Part shown: positions 19,297 to 30,578 of the stretch, one piece after another | Numbering within the stretch: the stretch's first letter is position 1 | Layout of the letters: each line of letters begins with the position of its first letter | Assembly: GCA_049322915.1 (NCBI GenBank) | Contig: JBMOPW010000020.1 | Coordinates: forward strand, 1-64,000 | Length of the DNA stretch: 64,000 bases | From: Candidatus Zhuqueibacterota bacterium | Lineage (GTDB): Bacteria > Zhuqueibacterota > Zhuqueibacteria > Thermofontimicrobiales > Thermofontimicrobiaceae | Direction: 5' to 3' | The notes under the pieces: generated by a model | Databases searched by the model: none | What the model was told of the DNA's origin: nothing | What the model saw: only the letters and a program-made list of their open reading frames with translations | Made by a program: the position numbers and the translations under genes

Positions 19297-20424
19297 TCAC
19301 GCTCCCTGTTCGTCGCCGGGGCGCCGGATCGCGTTGAGAATATTGCCCAGATCATCGGAGTGATAGATCTTCCGCTCGATGGTGATAAATAAGTCCGAGT
19401 TGCGTTTCAGCAATTCTTTGCATTCGCAGGTGGTCTCTGATATTTCCCATTTGATGAGCCGAATCGAGCCTCGGTCCAGTTCGATGCCGGTGATGCCGTC
19501 TTTGTACACGCAGCAGCCGGAGTTGAAATAGCAGGGGACTGGCGCCGGGCCCAGTCGATTGGCGCTTTTGTCCCTGGCTAGTTCTTCCCTGGATTCGCTG
19601 AGGATGCTGGTCAATTTTTCAAGGAGGGCCGGTTTCAAAAATTGCAGCGTGAGCGAGTCCTCCATGTTGGTGATGCGCTCGATTTTATCGCGGATCTGTC
19701 CAATTCGTGAGAACGATTTGAACATGGTGCGGTGGGTATGCCCGGCGATGAGCAGCAGTTTTTTTTGATTCGCCCATTCGTACAATAATTTATCGCGGTT
19801 CCCGCGGATCACATTATTGGTGGCTGCGCGGTCGTAGACTAACTGGTATTTTTGCAAAATAGGCAGCAGCGGCTTGGTCAGTCCCCAGCGCTGCAAATAC
19901 CGCCAGACGTATCGCACAATAAACCGCTCGAATGGCGATTCCGGCGGTGCGCCCTGATGACCGTGCAACATGAAAATCTGATCGCCCAGCAGTACCGCTT
20001 CATGGACCTGAATCGCGCCCAGGTATGGCGACAGGAACTGAGCCACTGCGGCCGGATCGCTCCATTCCAGATCGTGATTTCCCAATATCCGCAGATAGCG
20101 ATGCTCATCGACGAAGCGGCGTTCCATGGCGTAGGCCGTGTCCTGATACTCTCGCGTGATCGCCGGATAATCGGCTTCCATCCCTTCCTCGATATCCCCG
20201 TTGAGCACCAGGGTGTAGCCCTTTTGGTAATACATCGCGAGCGCGTAACAGTAAATCATTTCGTTCACTTTGAAATCGTCATTGCCTTTTTTATCGCAGC
20301 GATGCAAATCGCTGAAAATGACATAGCGATCCTTTCGGAAATCGAAGTCAGGAATTCGAAACGCATTGGCATACACGTGGTCGAGAGTGTGAAATGTATT
20401 CCGGCGCTCTTCCTGGAATGTCAT
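19297..20424 (-). CDS. Calcineurin-like metallophosphoesterase
   Basis: SDLH, NGD, GNHD, HGH, GHTH, NSG motifs. Confidence 0.85.
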   Translation of the reverse strand: MTFQEERRNTFHTLDHVYANAFRIPDFDFRKDRYVIFSDLHRCDKKGNDDFKVNEMIYCYALAMYYQKGYTLVLNGDIEEGMEADYPAITREYQDTAYAMERRFVDEHRYLRILGNHDLEWSDPAAVAQFLSPYLGAIQVHEAVLLGDQIFMLHGHQGAPPESPFERFIVRYVWRYLQRWGLTKPLLPILQKYQLVYDRAATNNVIRGNRDKLLYEWANQKKLLLIAGHTHRTMFKSFSRIGQIRDKIERITNMEDSLTLQFLKPALLEKLTSILSESREELARDKSANRLGPAPVPCYFNSGCCVYKDGITGIELDRGSIRLIKWEISETTCECKELLKRNSDLFITIERKIYHSDDLGNILNAIRRPGDEQGA

Positions 20425-20718
20425 GACAGCGCTCCTTTTTTAATGACTCAGTAAGAATATTGCAACGCGCAATCGACCCTTTCGGTCGCGCTCTGGATTG
20501 ACTGGCTGCTAAAAAGATAATTGAATCAGAAGCAAAAGTCAAATCATTTTTTTGGCGGGTTGCCCGGATTCTGACCCGGACAGGGATGCTTGCGGAGTCC
20601 CCAACAGAGAATGCACTGTCATTGCGTGGAAATATCGCTTGATTACCATCGAATTTTAAGGTAAATTCATCGGCAGCAAATCGGGCAGTTCAGACAGGAA
20701 TTAAAATAAAGGATAGCC

Positions 20719-21234
20719 ATGGAAGAGATCGTCATTTTGGTGGATAGCAAGGATAACGAAATCGGTCGCGAGGAGAAGATGAAAGCCCATGAAAACGGCG
20801 TCTTGCATCGGGCCTTCTCGGTGTTCATTTTCAATCGTGACGGAGAGATGCTGTTGCAGCAGCGGGCGATGAATAAATACCATTCCGCTGGTTTGTGGAC
20901 CAACGCCTGTTGCAGTCACCCGCGGCCGGGCGAGACGATTGAGGAAGCGGCTCACCGCCGGCTGAAGGAAGAAATGGGATTCGACTGCCAGCTCGAACGG
21001 AAATTCCATTTCATCTATCGGGCGGAATTTGATAATGGTTTGATTGAGCACGAGTTCGATCACGTGCTGTTTGGAACATACTCCGGCCGCATCGATTTCA
21101 ACCCGGACGAGGTGGCGAATGTCAGATGGATATCCATTGAGGACTTGAGGGAGGAGTTGATCAAGCGCCCGGAATATTATACCGTCTGGTTCAAAATCGC
21201 TTTTGAAGAAGTGGACACCTTTTTAGCGCAGTGA
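20719..21234 (+). CDS. idi: Isopentenyl-diphosphate delta-isomerase, type 1
   Basis: LHRAFSVFIFN, WTNACCSHP, EHEFDH. Confidence 0.95.
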   Translation: MEEIVILVDSKDNEIGREEKMKAHENGVLHRAFSVFIFNRDGEMLLQQRAMNKYHSAGLWTNACCSHPRPGETIEEAAHRRLKEEMGFDCQLERKFHFIYRAEFDNGLIEHEFDHVLFGTYSGRIDFNPDEVANVRWISIEDLREELIKRPEYYTVWFKIAFEEVDTFLAQ

Positions 21235-21242
21235 CGCGCCGG

Positions 21243-21695
21243 CTATCGCTCCGAGTTGGTTTTTGAATGATGCCCATACAAAAAGAGGATGGCCGCGAAT
21301 AGCAGAACATCCTGAATCAGGCGCAGAACCCCGATTCGAGCGCCTTCGCCATCGATAGAAAAACAGCCGCAGGAGATATCCAATCCGCGAACCAGCGCCG
21401 AGACCATGGCCAGAATGAACATGAAACTCAGTCCTGCCAGCGTCAGCAGCGCGCCGCCCCGCTTTTTGGCGACGATCAGGGCCAACCCGCTCATCACTTC
21501 CAGCCACGGGAGCACCACCGCCGCCACCGTCACCAGCAGATAGGGGAGCAGACGGTAATTGTCGATGTCCATTGCGAATTTCGCCGGGTCGATGATTTTG
21601 CTCCCGCCGGCGCCGATGAAAATGATCGCCACCAGCCACGTGGTCGACGTGACGATGATCTGCCGCACAGAGCCCCTATTCATGGCGCGCTCCAT
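21243..21695 (-). CDS. MauE/DoxX family membrane protein
   Basis: Four TM helices, LPWLE, RGLDISCGCF. Confidence 0.85.
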   Translation of the reverse strand: MERAMNRGSVRQIIVTSTTWLVAIIFIGAGGSKIIDPAKFAMDIDNYRLLPYLLVTVAAVVLPWLEVMSGLALIVAKKRGGALLTLAGLSFMFILAMVSALVRGLDISCGCFSIDGEGARIGVLRLIQDVLLFAAILFLYGHHSKTNSER

Positions 21696-22233
21696 TTCCC
21701 GACACCCGAAAGCCGGCCTCTGTCCAGCCCTTCAACCCATCGTGATAAATTGTGATGTAGTCAAACCCTTCAATGAGCAGTTCGTACGCCAGCAGCTCCG
21801 ACTGGTCGCAGCCGGGACTGTCGCAGTAACAGATGAGCCAGACATTGCGCGGCAGCGAATCCACAACCGCCGCATAGTCGGCGAAACGCTGGTAAGGAAT
21901 ATTCACGGCGCCGGGAATGTGCGATGCCGCGTACAGGCTCTCGGATCGCGCATCGACGAGAATTCCGATCCGTTTTTTCATCATCTGCGCCACCTGATCC
22001 GTGCTGATGATGCGCGGTTCAGGGCTCTCATTGTGTGCAGCGCCGGATGGATCGATCGACACGCCGGGCAGGTCCGCGGCCAGTAACGTGTCCGGGGCAA
22101 ATTGCAGCGGTGGGCGAATATTGGTAATTTTCACTCCATTGGGGTGAAAGGTGTTCACGGAAATCCCCACCACGCTCGCCGCTGCGATGAGAATGACCGC
22201 TTCCTGCATGATTTTTCCGGGGATGAGTTTCAC
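21676..22233 (-). CDS. Rhodanese-like domain protein with N-terminal TM
   Basis: VDARS, HIPGAVNIP, CYCDSPGC, GLKGW. Confidence 0.85.
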   Translation of the reverse strand: MKLIPGKIMQEAVILIAAASVVGISVNTFHPNGVKITNIRPPLQFAPDTLLAADLPGVSIDPSGAAHNESPEPRIISTDQVAQMMKKRIGILVDARSESLYAASHIPGAVNIPYQRFADYAAVVDSLPRNVWLICYCDSPGCDQSELLAYELLIEGFDYITIYHDGLKGWTEAGFRVSGNGARHE

Positions 22234-22382
22234 AGGTGTCTTCCTCGAATGAATTAAAAAGGGTGCTCCATAATCTATGATCGTGCTGGATTTTTATCCA
22301 GCGTGGGCAATGGCCGGGACGTGTGTCCCCGAATATGCGTACTGTTCGGGATCAGTTTTCGACGCCACAATCCGATTGAACC

Positions 22383-23933
22383 TTATCGTTCCGGATAGCC
22401 GGTGATTTCCTTGATCGACTGGTATAACGACTTCAGATGGGTGTACATTTTTTTGTAAACGCGATGATACAGGGCGTTGTACAACTCAGCGTTACGCGGA
22501 TTGGGCTCAAACGTGTGGCCGATTCGGGTCATTTCCTGCACCGCTGTCGCAAAGTCCCGGTGGATGCCCAACCCGACGGCGCAATCGATGGCCGCTCCTA
22601 ACCCGGAGGTCTCGTAGGTGCTGGATCGGACCGTCGGCAGATTGAATATATCCGCGGTGATCTGCATGGCCTGGTTGCTCTGGGACCCGCCGCCGGACAC
22701 GCGAACTTCATTGATTTTAATTCTGGAGCGCTTCTGCGTCTTTTCTGTGCCCTCGCGCAGCGCGTACGCCAGTCCCTCCAGAATGGCCTGATAAATATGC
22801 GCGCGGCCGTGAACGTCGCCAAATCCGATGATGGCGCCTTTGGCCTCCGGCCCGGGGATTTTCACGCCGGGCGCCCAGTATGGCTGAAGCATCAATCCCA
22901 TCGATCCCGGCTGAATCTCCTGCACCAGCTCGTCGAACAGCGACTCCACTGACACATTGTTTTTCGAAGCCAGCTCTTTCTCCCTGTGTCCGAATTCTTC
23001 CTTGAACCAGCTCACCATCCAGAAACCGCGGAATATCTGAATTTCTGTGTTGTAGGTTTTAGGCACGGCGCTGGGATAGGGCGGGATGAACGGGATCACT
23101 TCGAGGTATTTCGGCGTCGTGATGGACGTCGTGCAAGTGGTGCCGTAGCTGAGACAGGCGATGTTCGGCTTGATGCTGCCGCTGCCAAGAATTTCGCAGG
23201 CCTTATCCGCAGCCGCCGCAATGATGGGCGTGCCGGCCGGAATGCCGGTGGCTTCCGCCGCTGCCGCAGTCACCCGGCCCATTTCCTGCGCCTGATCCAC
23301 CAGCGTCGGCAGTTTGTCCATGTCAATGGGAAACAGCTTGCGGTTCAAATGGCCTTTCTTTGCCCAGTGCATGTGTTTGTAATCAAAAGGCACGTAGCCC
23401 ACCTGACAGCCGACAGAGTCCACATACTCGCCGCTCAACAAATAGGTCAGATAGCCGGACAGAAACAGAAACTTGTGCGTCCTGTCCCATATCTCGGGCT
23501 GATTTTTCATGATCCAGTTGGCTTCACTTTCGGCGTGGGCGAAGCGCACCGCATAATCCATGTCGACGGCCCGATAGATGAAATTGACGATCGGATTGAC
23601 CACCTGCTCCAGGGCAATGCGACGCTGGTCCAGCCAGTGGATAGCAGGCCGCAGCGGCTTTCCAGTCTCGTCGAGGTTCACGAGTGTGCTGCGCTGGGTG
23701 GTGAGACTCAGCGCTTTGATCTGCGGTTTCGAATCGCAGAGTTGCCAGAGCTGGTGACACGCTGCGCAGAGGTTCTCCCAATAATACAGGGGATCCTGTT
23801 CAGCCCAGCCTGGCTTTGGAGATTTGTACGGCTCGATTTCAACTTTAGATTTGTAGAGAAGATTGCCCTGAAAATCGAATAGCATGGCGCGAATGCTCTG
23901 TGTGCCGCAATCGATGGCCATTAAGGTTTCCAT
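22383..23933 (-). CDS. FGGY-family carbohydrate kinase
   Basis: AIDCGTQSIRA, GWAEQDP, WLDQR, SGGGSQS, QITADIF. Confidence 0.9.
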   Translation of the reverse strand: METLMAIDCGTQSIRAMLFDFQGNLLYKSKVEIEPYKSPKPGWAEQDPLYYWENLCAACHQLWQLCDSKPQIKALSLTTQRSTLVNLDETGKPLRPAIHWLDQRRIALEQVVNPIVNFIYRAVDMDYAVRFAHAESEANWIMKNQPEIWDRTHKFLFLSGYLTYLLSGEYVDSVGCQVGYVPFDYKHMHWAKKGHLNRKLFPIDMDKLPTLVDQAQEMGRVTAAAAEATGIPAGTPIIAAAADKACEILGSGSIKPNIACLSYGTTCTTSITTPKYLEVIPFIPPYPSAVPKTYNTEIQIFRGFWMVSWFKEEFGHREKELASKNNVSVESLFDELVQEIQPGSMGLMLQPYWAPGVKIPGPEAKGAIIGFGDVHGRAHIYQAILEGLAYALREGTEKTQKRSRIKINEVRVSGGGSQSNQAMQITADIFNLPTVRSSTYETSGLGAAIDCAVGLGIHRDFATAVQEMTRIGHTFEPNPRNAELYNALYHRVYKKMYTHLKSLYQSIKEITGYPER

Positions 23934-24294
23934 GGTTGCCTCAAAGTTTGGTGGCGAAATATGTCTCCGGGATTTGGAAATCGTAGCAGTTCATGAACTC
24001 ACGAAATATATAAGATCAGAACATCAATTTCAAGTAAAAGTTTTCGCATTGCTGCTCTTGCAACAGGAAAAGGCGCCGGGATCCGGGTGCAATGGCCGGC
24101 AAGCGCCGTTCACAGGTGGAGCGAAAATAGACTCGAAAGTGAATTCCTGGTTTGTTGGAGCCAAAGAGGCAGCAGCGGCGATGAGGCGCTTTTTTAGGGA
24201 GAGAGAACTTGTAGGTTTTTCCGGCGACTGGCACGACGACCGGCGCAATTGAAGCCGTTGCGATTCATCCATCTGGAGCGTGGCTGGTACATGG

Positions 24295-24346
24295 AAAAAA
24301 AGCCCTTTCAGTGGCCGATAAAAATCGCAGTGTCCACTGAAAGGGC
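24295..24346 (-). terminator. Intrinsic terminator
   Basis: 13-bp stem GCCCTTTCAGTGG / CCACTGAAAGGGC followed by T7 on the minus strand. Confidence 0.7.
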
Positions 24347-24354
24347 GGGAGGTA

Positions 24355-24693
24355 CTAATCGATCACAGTGCCGCTGATATCCTGAACTTCATCGTGCTGT
24401 TTGGGTTTGAAAAACTTGTCCTGGAATCTCTTTTTCATGTGCGCGTCGTGATTGTGCGAGTTCGTGTGCGGGAAAGATTTGAACAGGATATGAGCCAGCA
24501 CAATCAATCCCCATGCCTGCCAGAACGTAATCGTGGTCAGGCCGAAAATGTCCGGCATCAGCCAGTTCCACAGCCACATGACGATGAAGCCGAACAGCAG
24601 CGCCATGCCGGCGGCAAAGATGACCCCAAGAATCACCATCCCGATGATGGCGAAGATGCTTTTCGTTTTTTTCAAATGCTTGAATTTTTCCAT
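24355..24693 (-). CDS. Small membrane protein co-transcribed with an ECF sigma factor
   Basis: VMWLWNWLMPDIFGLTTITFWQAWGL; directly downstream of the sigma gene. Confidence 0.75.
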   Translation of the reverse strand: MEKFKHLKKTKSIFAIIGMVILGVIFAAGMALLFGFIVMWLWNWLMPDIFGLTTITFWQAWGLIVLAHILFKSFPHTNSHNHDAHMKKRFQDKFFKPKQHDEVQDISGTVID

Positions 24694-24702
24694 CTGACAC
24701 CT

Positions 24703-25251
24703 CTAAGTTTCTAACATGGTTTTTCGAATCTGAATTAATTTGCTCTGAAGAAATTGAACAGCATAGCGTTTCCGCGCGAGCAGGGTGTTCACAGACTCGC
24801 CGGTCTGCTCGGCCAGTTCGCGAAATGTTCTTCCTTCAACCACCTGCTGGATGAAGACGAATCGCTGTTTCTCCGGCAGTTCATCCACAGCGGCCCAGAT
24901 TGCGTTCACCAGAAAGTCCCGACTGTCGTCATCGAGATCCTCGGGGAATTGCTCGGCCAACACATCCTGGAATCGCAGGCCGTTTTCGGCCGGGGCGTCC
25001 AGCGACACCGTGGGCAATCGCCGTTTTCGATACCAATCGATGATCTTGTTTCTGGCCACAGTGAACAACCAGCCAGCCAGATTATCAATGGACTCCAGGA
25101 CATTCAGGCTGCTCATGGCCTGGACGTAGACATCCTGCAGCAAATCCTCGGATTCTTCCACTGAGCGGATTTTCGACCGGATGAAGGCGAACAGAATCGC
25201 GTGTTCCGCTTCGAAGCTTTGTCTGATCCTATGTTCTTGTTCAATTCTCAT
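24703..25251 (-). CDS. ECF-type RNA polymerase sigma-70 factor
   Basis: SEDLLQDV, WLFTVARNKIIDWYR, region 4 LPEKQR..ELAE. Confidence 0.9.
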   Translation of the reverse strand: MRIEQEHRIRQSFEAEHAILFAFIRSKIRSVEESEDLLQDVYVQAMSSLNVLESIDNLAGWLFTVARNKIIDWYRKRRLPTVSLDAPAENGLRFQDVLAEQFPEDLDDDSRDFLVNAIWAAVDELPEKQRFVFIQQVVEGRTFRELAEQTGESVNTLLARKRYAVQFLQSKLIQIRKTMLET

Positions 25252-25413
25252 TTCATTTACAATGACGTTGAGGGTGGAAAATTATTGTATTTTTTTTTAA
25301 AGAATAATCAAAAATCATGATTATGTCAAGAAAATTTCTTGGCTCGGAAAGAGGACTTAATTATTTCTTGCCATAAAAAAAGTACTTGCATTTTAAATAA
25401 AAAAGCTTATTTT

Positions 25414-25430
25414 ATAATAACAATTATTAT
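25414..25430. promoter_or_regulatory. Fur/Per-type operator upstream of the regulator
   Basis: ATAATAA-CAA-TTATTAT 7-3-7 palindrome. Confidence 0.7.
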
Positions 25431-25453
25431 CTAAAAATGAATCGGGAATATCA

Positions 25454-25897
25454 ATGGATCAGAATACGCGAACTGAACTGCTCAACCAGTTTTTTGATAA
25501 GTGTCGACAGGCTAAATTGAGTGTGACGCCGCAACGCCTGGCAGTCTATAAAGCATTGGTGAATCACGACAATCACCCGAGCCCGGACATGATTTACAAA
25601 GACATGCTGCCGGATTTCCCGACCATCTCATTCGCTACGGTTTATAAAATACTGGAGACGTTCGAACAACATGGAATCATTTCAAAGGTAACTTCGCTGC
25701 ATAATACATTGCGATACGATCCGTTGAAAGAGCGCCACCATCATATTATTTGTTCGAAATGCAAAAAAATCATTGATATAAAAAGTAAGGATCTGGATGA
25801 ATTGCCGATTCCCCCGGAAGTAAAAAAAGGCAATCGACTCATCGATTTTTCCGTTCATTTCAATGTGATTTGCAGCGAGTGTCGGAAAGGAGACTAA
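25454..25897 (+). CDS. perR: Fur-family transcriptional repressor, probably PerR
   Basis: TPQRLAV, HPS, ATVYK, RYD, HHHIICSKC, CSEC; next to catalase. Confidence 0.8.
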   Translation: MDQNTRTELLNQFFDKCRQAKLSVTPQRLAVYKALVNHDNHPSPDMIYKDMLPDFPTISFATVYKILETFEQHGIISKVTSLHNTLRYDPLKERHHHIICSKCKKIIDIKSKDLDELPIPPEVKKGNRLIDFSVHFNVICSECRKGD

Positions 25898-25912
25898 ATT
25901 TTTTTGCCTATC

Positions 25913-25933
25913 ATATAATAATAATTATTATAT
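25913..25933. promoter_or_regulatory. Fur/Per-type operator upstream of catalase
   Basis: ATATAATAA-TAA-TTATTATAT palindrome. Confidence 0.7.
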
Positions 25934-25985
25934 AAAATAAATAACTAAACAATATAGTTTCAAATTTCATTGAAGGAGAATGCAC

Positions 25986-27428
25986 ATGAGTAAAGAAAAA
26001 AAATTAACCACAGCAGCCGGCATCCCGGTGAGCGATAGTCAAAATTCGCTCACAGCCGGCGAACGCGGTCCCACGTTAATGCAGGACCATATTTTATTGG
26101 AGAAGTTAGCGCATTTCAATCGGGAGCGAATTCCGGAGCGGGTGGTTCACGCCAAAGCGGCCGGAGCGCACGGTATCCTGACAATCACGAACGATATCAC
26201 CAGATACACGAAAGCGAAGATATTCTCGAAGGTCGGGAAAAAGACGGAGATGTTTGGTCGGTTTTCAACAGTTGCCGGTGAAAAAGGATCGGCGGATACA
26301 GTTCGCGATGTCCGCGGCTTTGCGCTGAAATTCTACACTGAAGAAGGCAACTGGGATCTGGTTGGCAACAACACGCCGGTGTTCTTCATTCGGGACGCCA
26401 TGAAATTCCCTGACTTCATTCACACGCAAAAAAGGGTTCCCCAAACAAATTTACGCTCGGAAACCATGTGGTGGGATTTCTGGTCACAGGTGCCGGAATC
26501 TCTGCACCAGGTCACCATCCTGTTTTCGGATCGCGGCACGCCCAAAGGAATTCCGTACATGAACGGCTACGGGAGTCACACCTATAGCTTCATCAGCGCC
26601 AGGAATGAGCGGTTTTGGGTGAAGTTTCATTTCAAAACAAAACAGGGCATTCAAAATATGACGCCGCAGGAAGCGGATGAAATTGCCGGCAAGGATCCTG
26701 ACTATCATACCCGTCAGTTGTTTGAGATGATCGAGCGCGGTGAATATCCGAAATGGACGTTCTATGTGCAGGTGATGCCGGAATCAGCGGCAGCGAATTA
26801 TCGCTGGAATCCATTCGATTTGACAAAAGTGTGGCCTCACGCAGATTATCCACTCATCGAAGTGGGCACGATGGAATTGAACCGAAATCCGGAAAATTAC
26901 TTTGCCGAGGTGGAGCAGTCCGCATTTTCGCCGGCCAATATTGTGCCCGGAATTTCTTTCTCGCCCTGCAAGATGTTGCAGGCGAGAATTTTCGAGTACG
27001 CAGACGCCCATCGCTATCGCCTCGGCGTGAATTATGAGAGCCTTCCGATCAACCGCCCCAAAAACGTTGAGGTCAACAATTACCAGCGCGATGGTTATAT
27101 GCGATTCGATGGAAATGCCGGCGCGGCTGTGAATTATGAGCCAAACAGCTTTGGCGGACCCAAAGAGGATTCTGCATTCAGCGAACCACCGTTAAAAATA
27201 TTTGGCGATGCGGATCGGTACGACCAAAAGCGGGGTGTTGACGATGATTATGTTCAGCCGGGCAACCTGTTTCGGCTGATGTCGCCGGAAGAGCAGCAGC
27301 GACTGATCAAAAACATTGTCGGCGCGCTGAAAAATGTACCAAAGGAAATTCAAAGTAAAATGGTCGATCATTTCAGTAAAGCGGATAAGGCGTACGGAGA
27401 CGGTGTGGCCAAAGGGTTGGGACTTTAA
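25986..27428 (+). CDS. katA: Monofunctional haem catalase
   Basis: [17 protein letters not shown] active site, RIFEYADAH proximal ligand; AAGGAG RBS. Confidence 0.95.
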   Translation: MSKEKKLTTAAGIPVSDSQNSLTAGERGPTLMQDHILLEKLAHFNRERIPERVVHAKAAGAHGILTITNDITRYTKAKIFSKVGKKTEMFGRFSTVAGEKGSADTVRDVRGFALKFYTEEGNWDLVGNNTPVFFIRDAMKFPDFIHTQKRVPQTNLRSETMWWDFWSQVPESLHQVTILFSDRGTPKGIPYMNGYGSHTYSFISARNERFWVKFHFKTKQGIQNMTPQEADEIAGKDPDYHTRQLFEMIERGEYPKWTFYVQVMPESAAANYRWNPFDLTKVWPHADYPLIEVGTMELNRNPENYFAEVEQSAFSPANIVPGISFSPCKMLQARIFEYADAHRYRLGVNYESLPINRPKNVEVNNYQRDGYMRFDGNAGAAVNYEPNSFGGPKEDSAFSEPPLKIFGDADRYDQKRGVDDDYVQPGNLFRLMSPEEQQRLIKNIVGALKNVPKEIQSKMVDHFSKADKAYGDGVAKGLGL

Positions 27429-27474
27429 CGATAATCATAGCATTTTTCAAGCTGCAATACCATGAATTAATTTT

Positions 27475-27513
27475 CGCCCCGATGTCGTGATGACATATCG
27501 GGGCGTTTTTTTT
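27475..27513 (+). terminator. Intrinsic terminator after catalase
   Basis: CGCCCCGAT...ATCGGGGCG followed by T8. Confidence 0.85.
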
Positions 27514-27624
27514 GCAATGAAAAATCCCTATAATTTGGGATTGAATCGTATAAATGTTACATCAATTTAAAAAAATAGAAATAGATTGATTTTTTAATAT
27601 TCTTTTGTTATTTTTGCTTTAACT

Positions 27625-30519
27625 ATGAATAACTCCATTGAAATATCGCCTTACCATGTAAAATATTTTGCGTATGAGCTCACCAAGCAAAGCTCATCAG
27701 ACAGCCTGCAAAAATTAGCCACAACGTTGGTAGATGCGCAAGTTGACCTTAATCCTCACCAGGTGGAAGCAGCGTTATTTGCCTTTCATTCACCATTATC
27801 CAAAGGCGCAATCTTAGCAGATGAAGTCGGCTTAGGAAAAACAATTGAAGCCGGTTTAGTTATATCCCAGAAATGGGCGGAACGAAAGCGGAAAATTTTA
27901 ATCATTGTCCCTTCCAACCTGCGCAAGCAATGGTATCAGGAATTGAATGATAAGTTTTTCTTACCGTCGACAATTTTAGAAACCGCATCGTTCAATGCCG
28001 GGATTAAAAATGGCAATCTAAATCCCTTTGACCGGAAAGATATCATCATCTGTTCCTATCATTTTGCCAGGGCAAAAGACGCTTATCTTCAACACATGCA
28101 CTGGGATTTGGTTGTCATTGACGAAGCACATCGACTGAGGAATGTCTACAAAGCCAGCAATAAAATCGCCAATGCCATAAAAAACGCAGTTGCGACGTCC
28201 CCGAAATTATTGCTGACAGCGACGCCACTGCAGAACTCGTTATTAGAACTTTATGGTCTGGTTAGTATTATTGATGATTACACATTTGGGGATTTGAAAA
28301 GTTTTAAAAGCCAATTCTCCCGGCTTACTGAAGACGGGAATTATGCCGATATTCGAGCGCGCTTGCAACCTATTTGCCAACGAACGCTGCGAAGGCAAGT
28401 GATCGAGTATATCAAGTTTACCAATCGTACGGCAATCACTCAGGAATTTTACCCGACCGAAGAAGAACAACGCCTTTATGAGTTAGTCTCTCTTTACCTG
28501 CAGCGGGACCGTTTGTACGCGCTACCAAAAAGTCAGCGCCATTTGATGACTCTTATCCTGCGTCGATTATTGGCGTCATCCACCTACGCAATTGCCGGGA
28601 CGCTGAAAGCACTGCACGAAAAGCTCGAAATTGTCTATAACGAAAAAAAACAGGTTGAGAACGCTCAGTTCGATGTGGCTGATTTTGAAACGATGGATGA
28701 GCTTGCTGAAGAATGGAATGACGAATCCGCTGAACCGGCGTTTTACGATAAACAAGAAGCGGAGCTAACGGAAGAAGATTATCGGAATATCCGGCAGGAA
28801 GTGAGCGACCTGCGTGAGTTTGAACTGCTGGCAGATACAATCATAAAAAATTCCAAAGGCGAAGTCTTGTTAACCGCTTTAAAACGAGGTTTTGCTGAAA
28901 CTGAACGATTGGGCGCGCCTAAAAAAGCTGTGATCTTCACCGAATCACGGCGAACGCAGCAATATTTAAAAAATCTGCTGGAACAAACTGAGTTCGCCGG
29001 ATCGTTGGTTTTGTTTAACGGAACCAATACCGATCCTGAATCGACGACAATTTATCATACGTGGTTAAATAAACATGACGGCACCGACCAAATTACCGGT
29101 TCCCGAACCGCCGACAAACGGGCAGCGATTATTGATTATTTTAAAGATGACGCCACGATTTTAATCGCCACTGAAGCCGCGGCTGAAGGTATCAATCTCC
29201 AGTTCTGCTCGCTGGTAGTGAATTATGATTTGCCCTGGAATCCGCAGCGCATCGAACAACGCATTGGTCGTTGCCATCGGTACGGGCAAAAATTCGATGT
29301 CGTTGTGGTTAATTTTTTAAATAAAAGCAATGCTGCTGATCAACGCGTGTATGAATTGCTCGATCAAAAATTTAAATTGTTCAGCGGCGTGTTCGGCGCC
29401 AGCGACGAAGTGCTTGGTTCGCTGGAATCGGGCGTTGATTTTGAAAAACGAATCGCACGGATTTACCAGAACTGCCGGACAACGGAAGAAATCCAGCGCT
29501 CGTTCGATGAATTACAGCAGGACCTGGAATCTGAAATTTCCCATCGTATGAAAAATACCCGTCAGGAACTGCTGGAAAATTTTGATGAAGAAGTTCATGA
29601 AAAGCTCCGTGTCAATTTACAGGAAAGCCGTTTTTACCTGAATAAATATGAGAATTGGTTGTGGCAGGTCACGAAGTATTTCCTGAAACCGTATGCCCGA
29701 TTTGATGGCGGCGAATATTCTTTTACGCTCATTAAAAATCCATTTCCCGATGAACACATCCATCCCGGTCCCTACCGCATTGGAAAAAATGTGGCAGATG
29801 CCAATATCTATCGCATCGGTCATCCATTGGCGCAACGGATCATTCAGTTGACGAAAAACGAGCCGCTGCAACCGGCTGAATTAATTTTTAAGTACTCCGA
29901 TACATCGCTGAAAATATCCATTCTCGAGACATTAGTGCAAAAGAGTGGTTGGATGAAAGTGATAAATTATACCATTCAATCATTCGAGACAGAGGATTAT
30001 GTGTTATTGGCCGCGTTTGATGATGAAGGGCATATCCTCGAAAACGATCAATGTCAGCGGCTGTTTTCCTGCCCGGCTTCAGTAAATAAAATTTCAGTTG
30101 ATCAGGAATTACCTGACACCAGGCGAAAATTTGATGAGCTATTTCATGCCCGGCAAACCGAAATTCTGAGACAAAATACCGAACGGAATACTTACTTTTT
30201 CGAGTATGAAATGGACAAATTAGAAAAATGGGCGGACGATTTGAAAAGCAGTCTCGAACTTGAATTGAAAAATCTGGATAAAGAAATCAGGTTCCGGAAA
30301 ACAGAAGCCAAAAAATTAATCAATCTGGAAGCAAAAGTTGAAGCGCAGCGGCTCATCAAAGATATGGAAAAGAAGCGCAATCAACTCAGAAAAAATCTGT
30401 TTGAAGCCCAGGATGATGTGGACGCCAAAAAGGAAGAACTGATCGAAACCATCGAAGCGAGAATGAAACAGAATACAACAGCGTCTGAATTATTTACTGT
30501 GCGCTGGAAATTAATTTGA
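27625..30519 (+). CDS. SNF2-family helicase/ATPase associated with type III RM
   Basis: LADEVGLGKT, DEAH, LTATP, EGINLQ, WNPQRIEQRIGR; C-terminal coiled coil. Confidence 0.9.
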   Translation: MNNSIEISPYHVKYFAYELTKQSSSDSLQKLATTLVDAQVDLNPHQVEAALFAFHSPLSKGAILADEVGLGKTIEAGLVISQKWAERKRKILIIVPSNLRKQWYQELNDKFFLPSTILETASFNAGIKNGNLNPFDRKDIIICSYHFARAKDAYLQHMHWDLVVIDEAHRLRNVYKASNKIANAIKNAVATSPKLLLTATPLQNSLLELYGLVSIIDDYTFGDLKSFKSQFSRLTEDGNYADIRARLQPICQRTLRRQVIEYIKFTNRTAITQEFYPTEEEQRLYELVSLYLQRDRLYALPKSQRHLMTLILRRLLASSTYAIAGTLKALHEKLEIVYNEKKQVENAQFDVADFETMDELAEEWNDESAEPAFYDKQEAELTEEDYRNIRQEVSDLREFELLADTIIKNSKGEVLLTALKRGFAETERLGAPKKAVIFTESRRTQQYLKNLLEQTEFAGSLVLFNGTNTDPESTTIYHTWLNKHDGTDQITGSRTADKRAAIIDYFKDDATILIATEAAAEGINLQFCSLVVNYDLPWNPQRIEQRIGRCHRYGQKFDVVVVNFLNKSNAADQRVYELLDQKFKLFSGVFGASDEVLGSLESGVDFEKRIARIYQNCRTTEEIQRSFDELQQDLESEISHRMKNTRQELLENFDEEVHEKLRVNLQESRFYLNKYENWLWQVTKYFLKPYARFDGGEYSFTLIKNPFPDEHIHPGPYRIGKNVADANIYRIGHPLAQRIIQLTKNEPLQPAELIFKYSDTSLKISILETLVQKSGWMKVINYTIQSFETEDYVLLAAFDDEGHILENDQCQRLFSCPASVNKISVDQELPDTRRKFDELFHARQTEILRQNTERNTYFFEYEMDKLEKWADDLKSSLELELKNLDKEIRFRKTEAKKLINLEAKVEAQRLIKDMEKKRNQLRKNLFEAQDDVDAKKEELIETIEARMKQNTTASELFTVRWKLI

Positions 30520-30578
30520 TATTTCCATTTATTTTATTAAACGTGTGTTACCCTGAAAAAAACTATCCTGAGGTCGTT

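Noticed and set aside
23884..24272. Small ORFs or an ncRNA between the FGGY kinase and the membrane-protein gene
   Set aside because: Overlapping short ORFs with no RBS or motif, and no recognisable RNA family.
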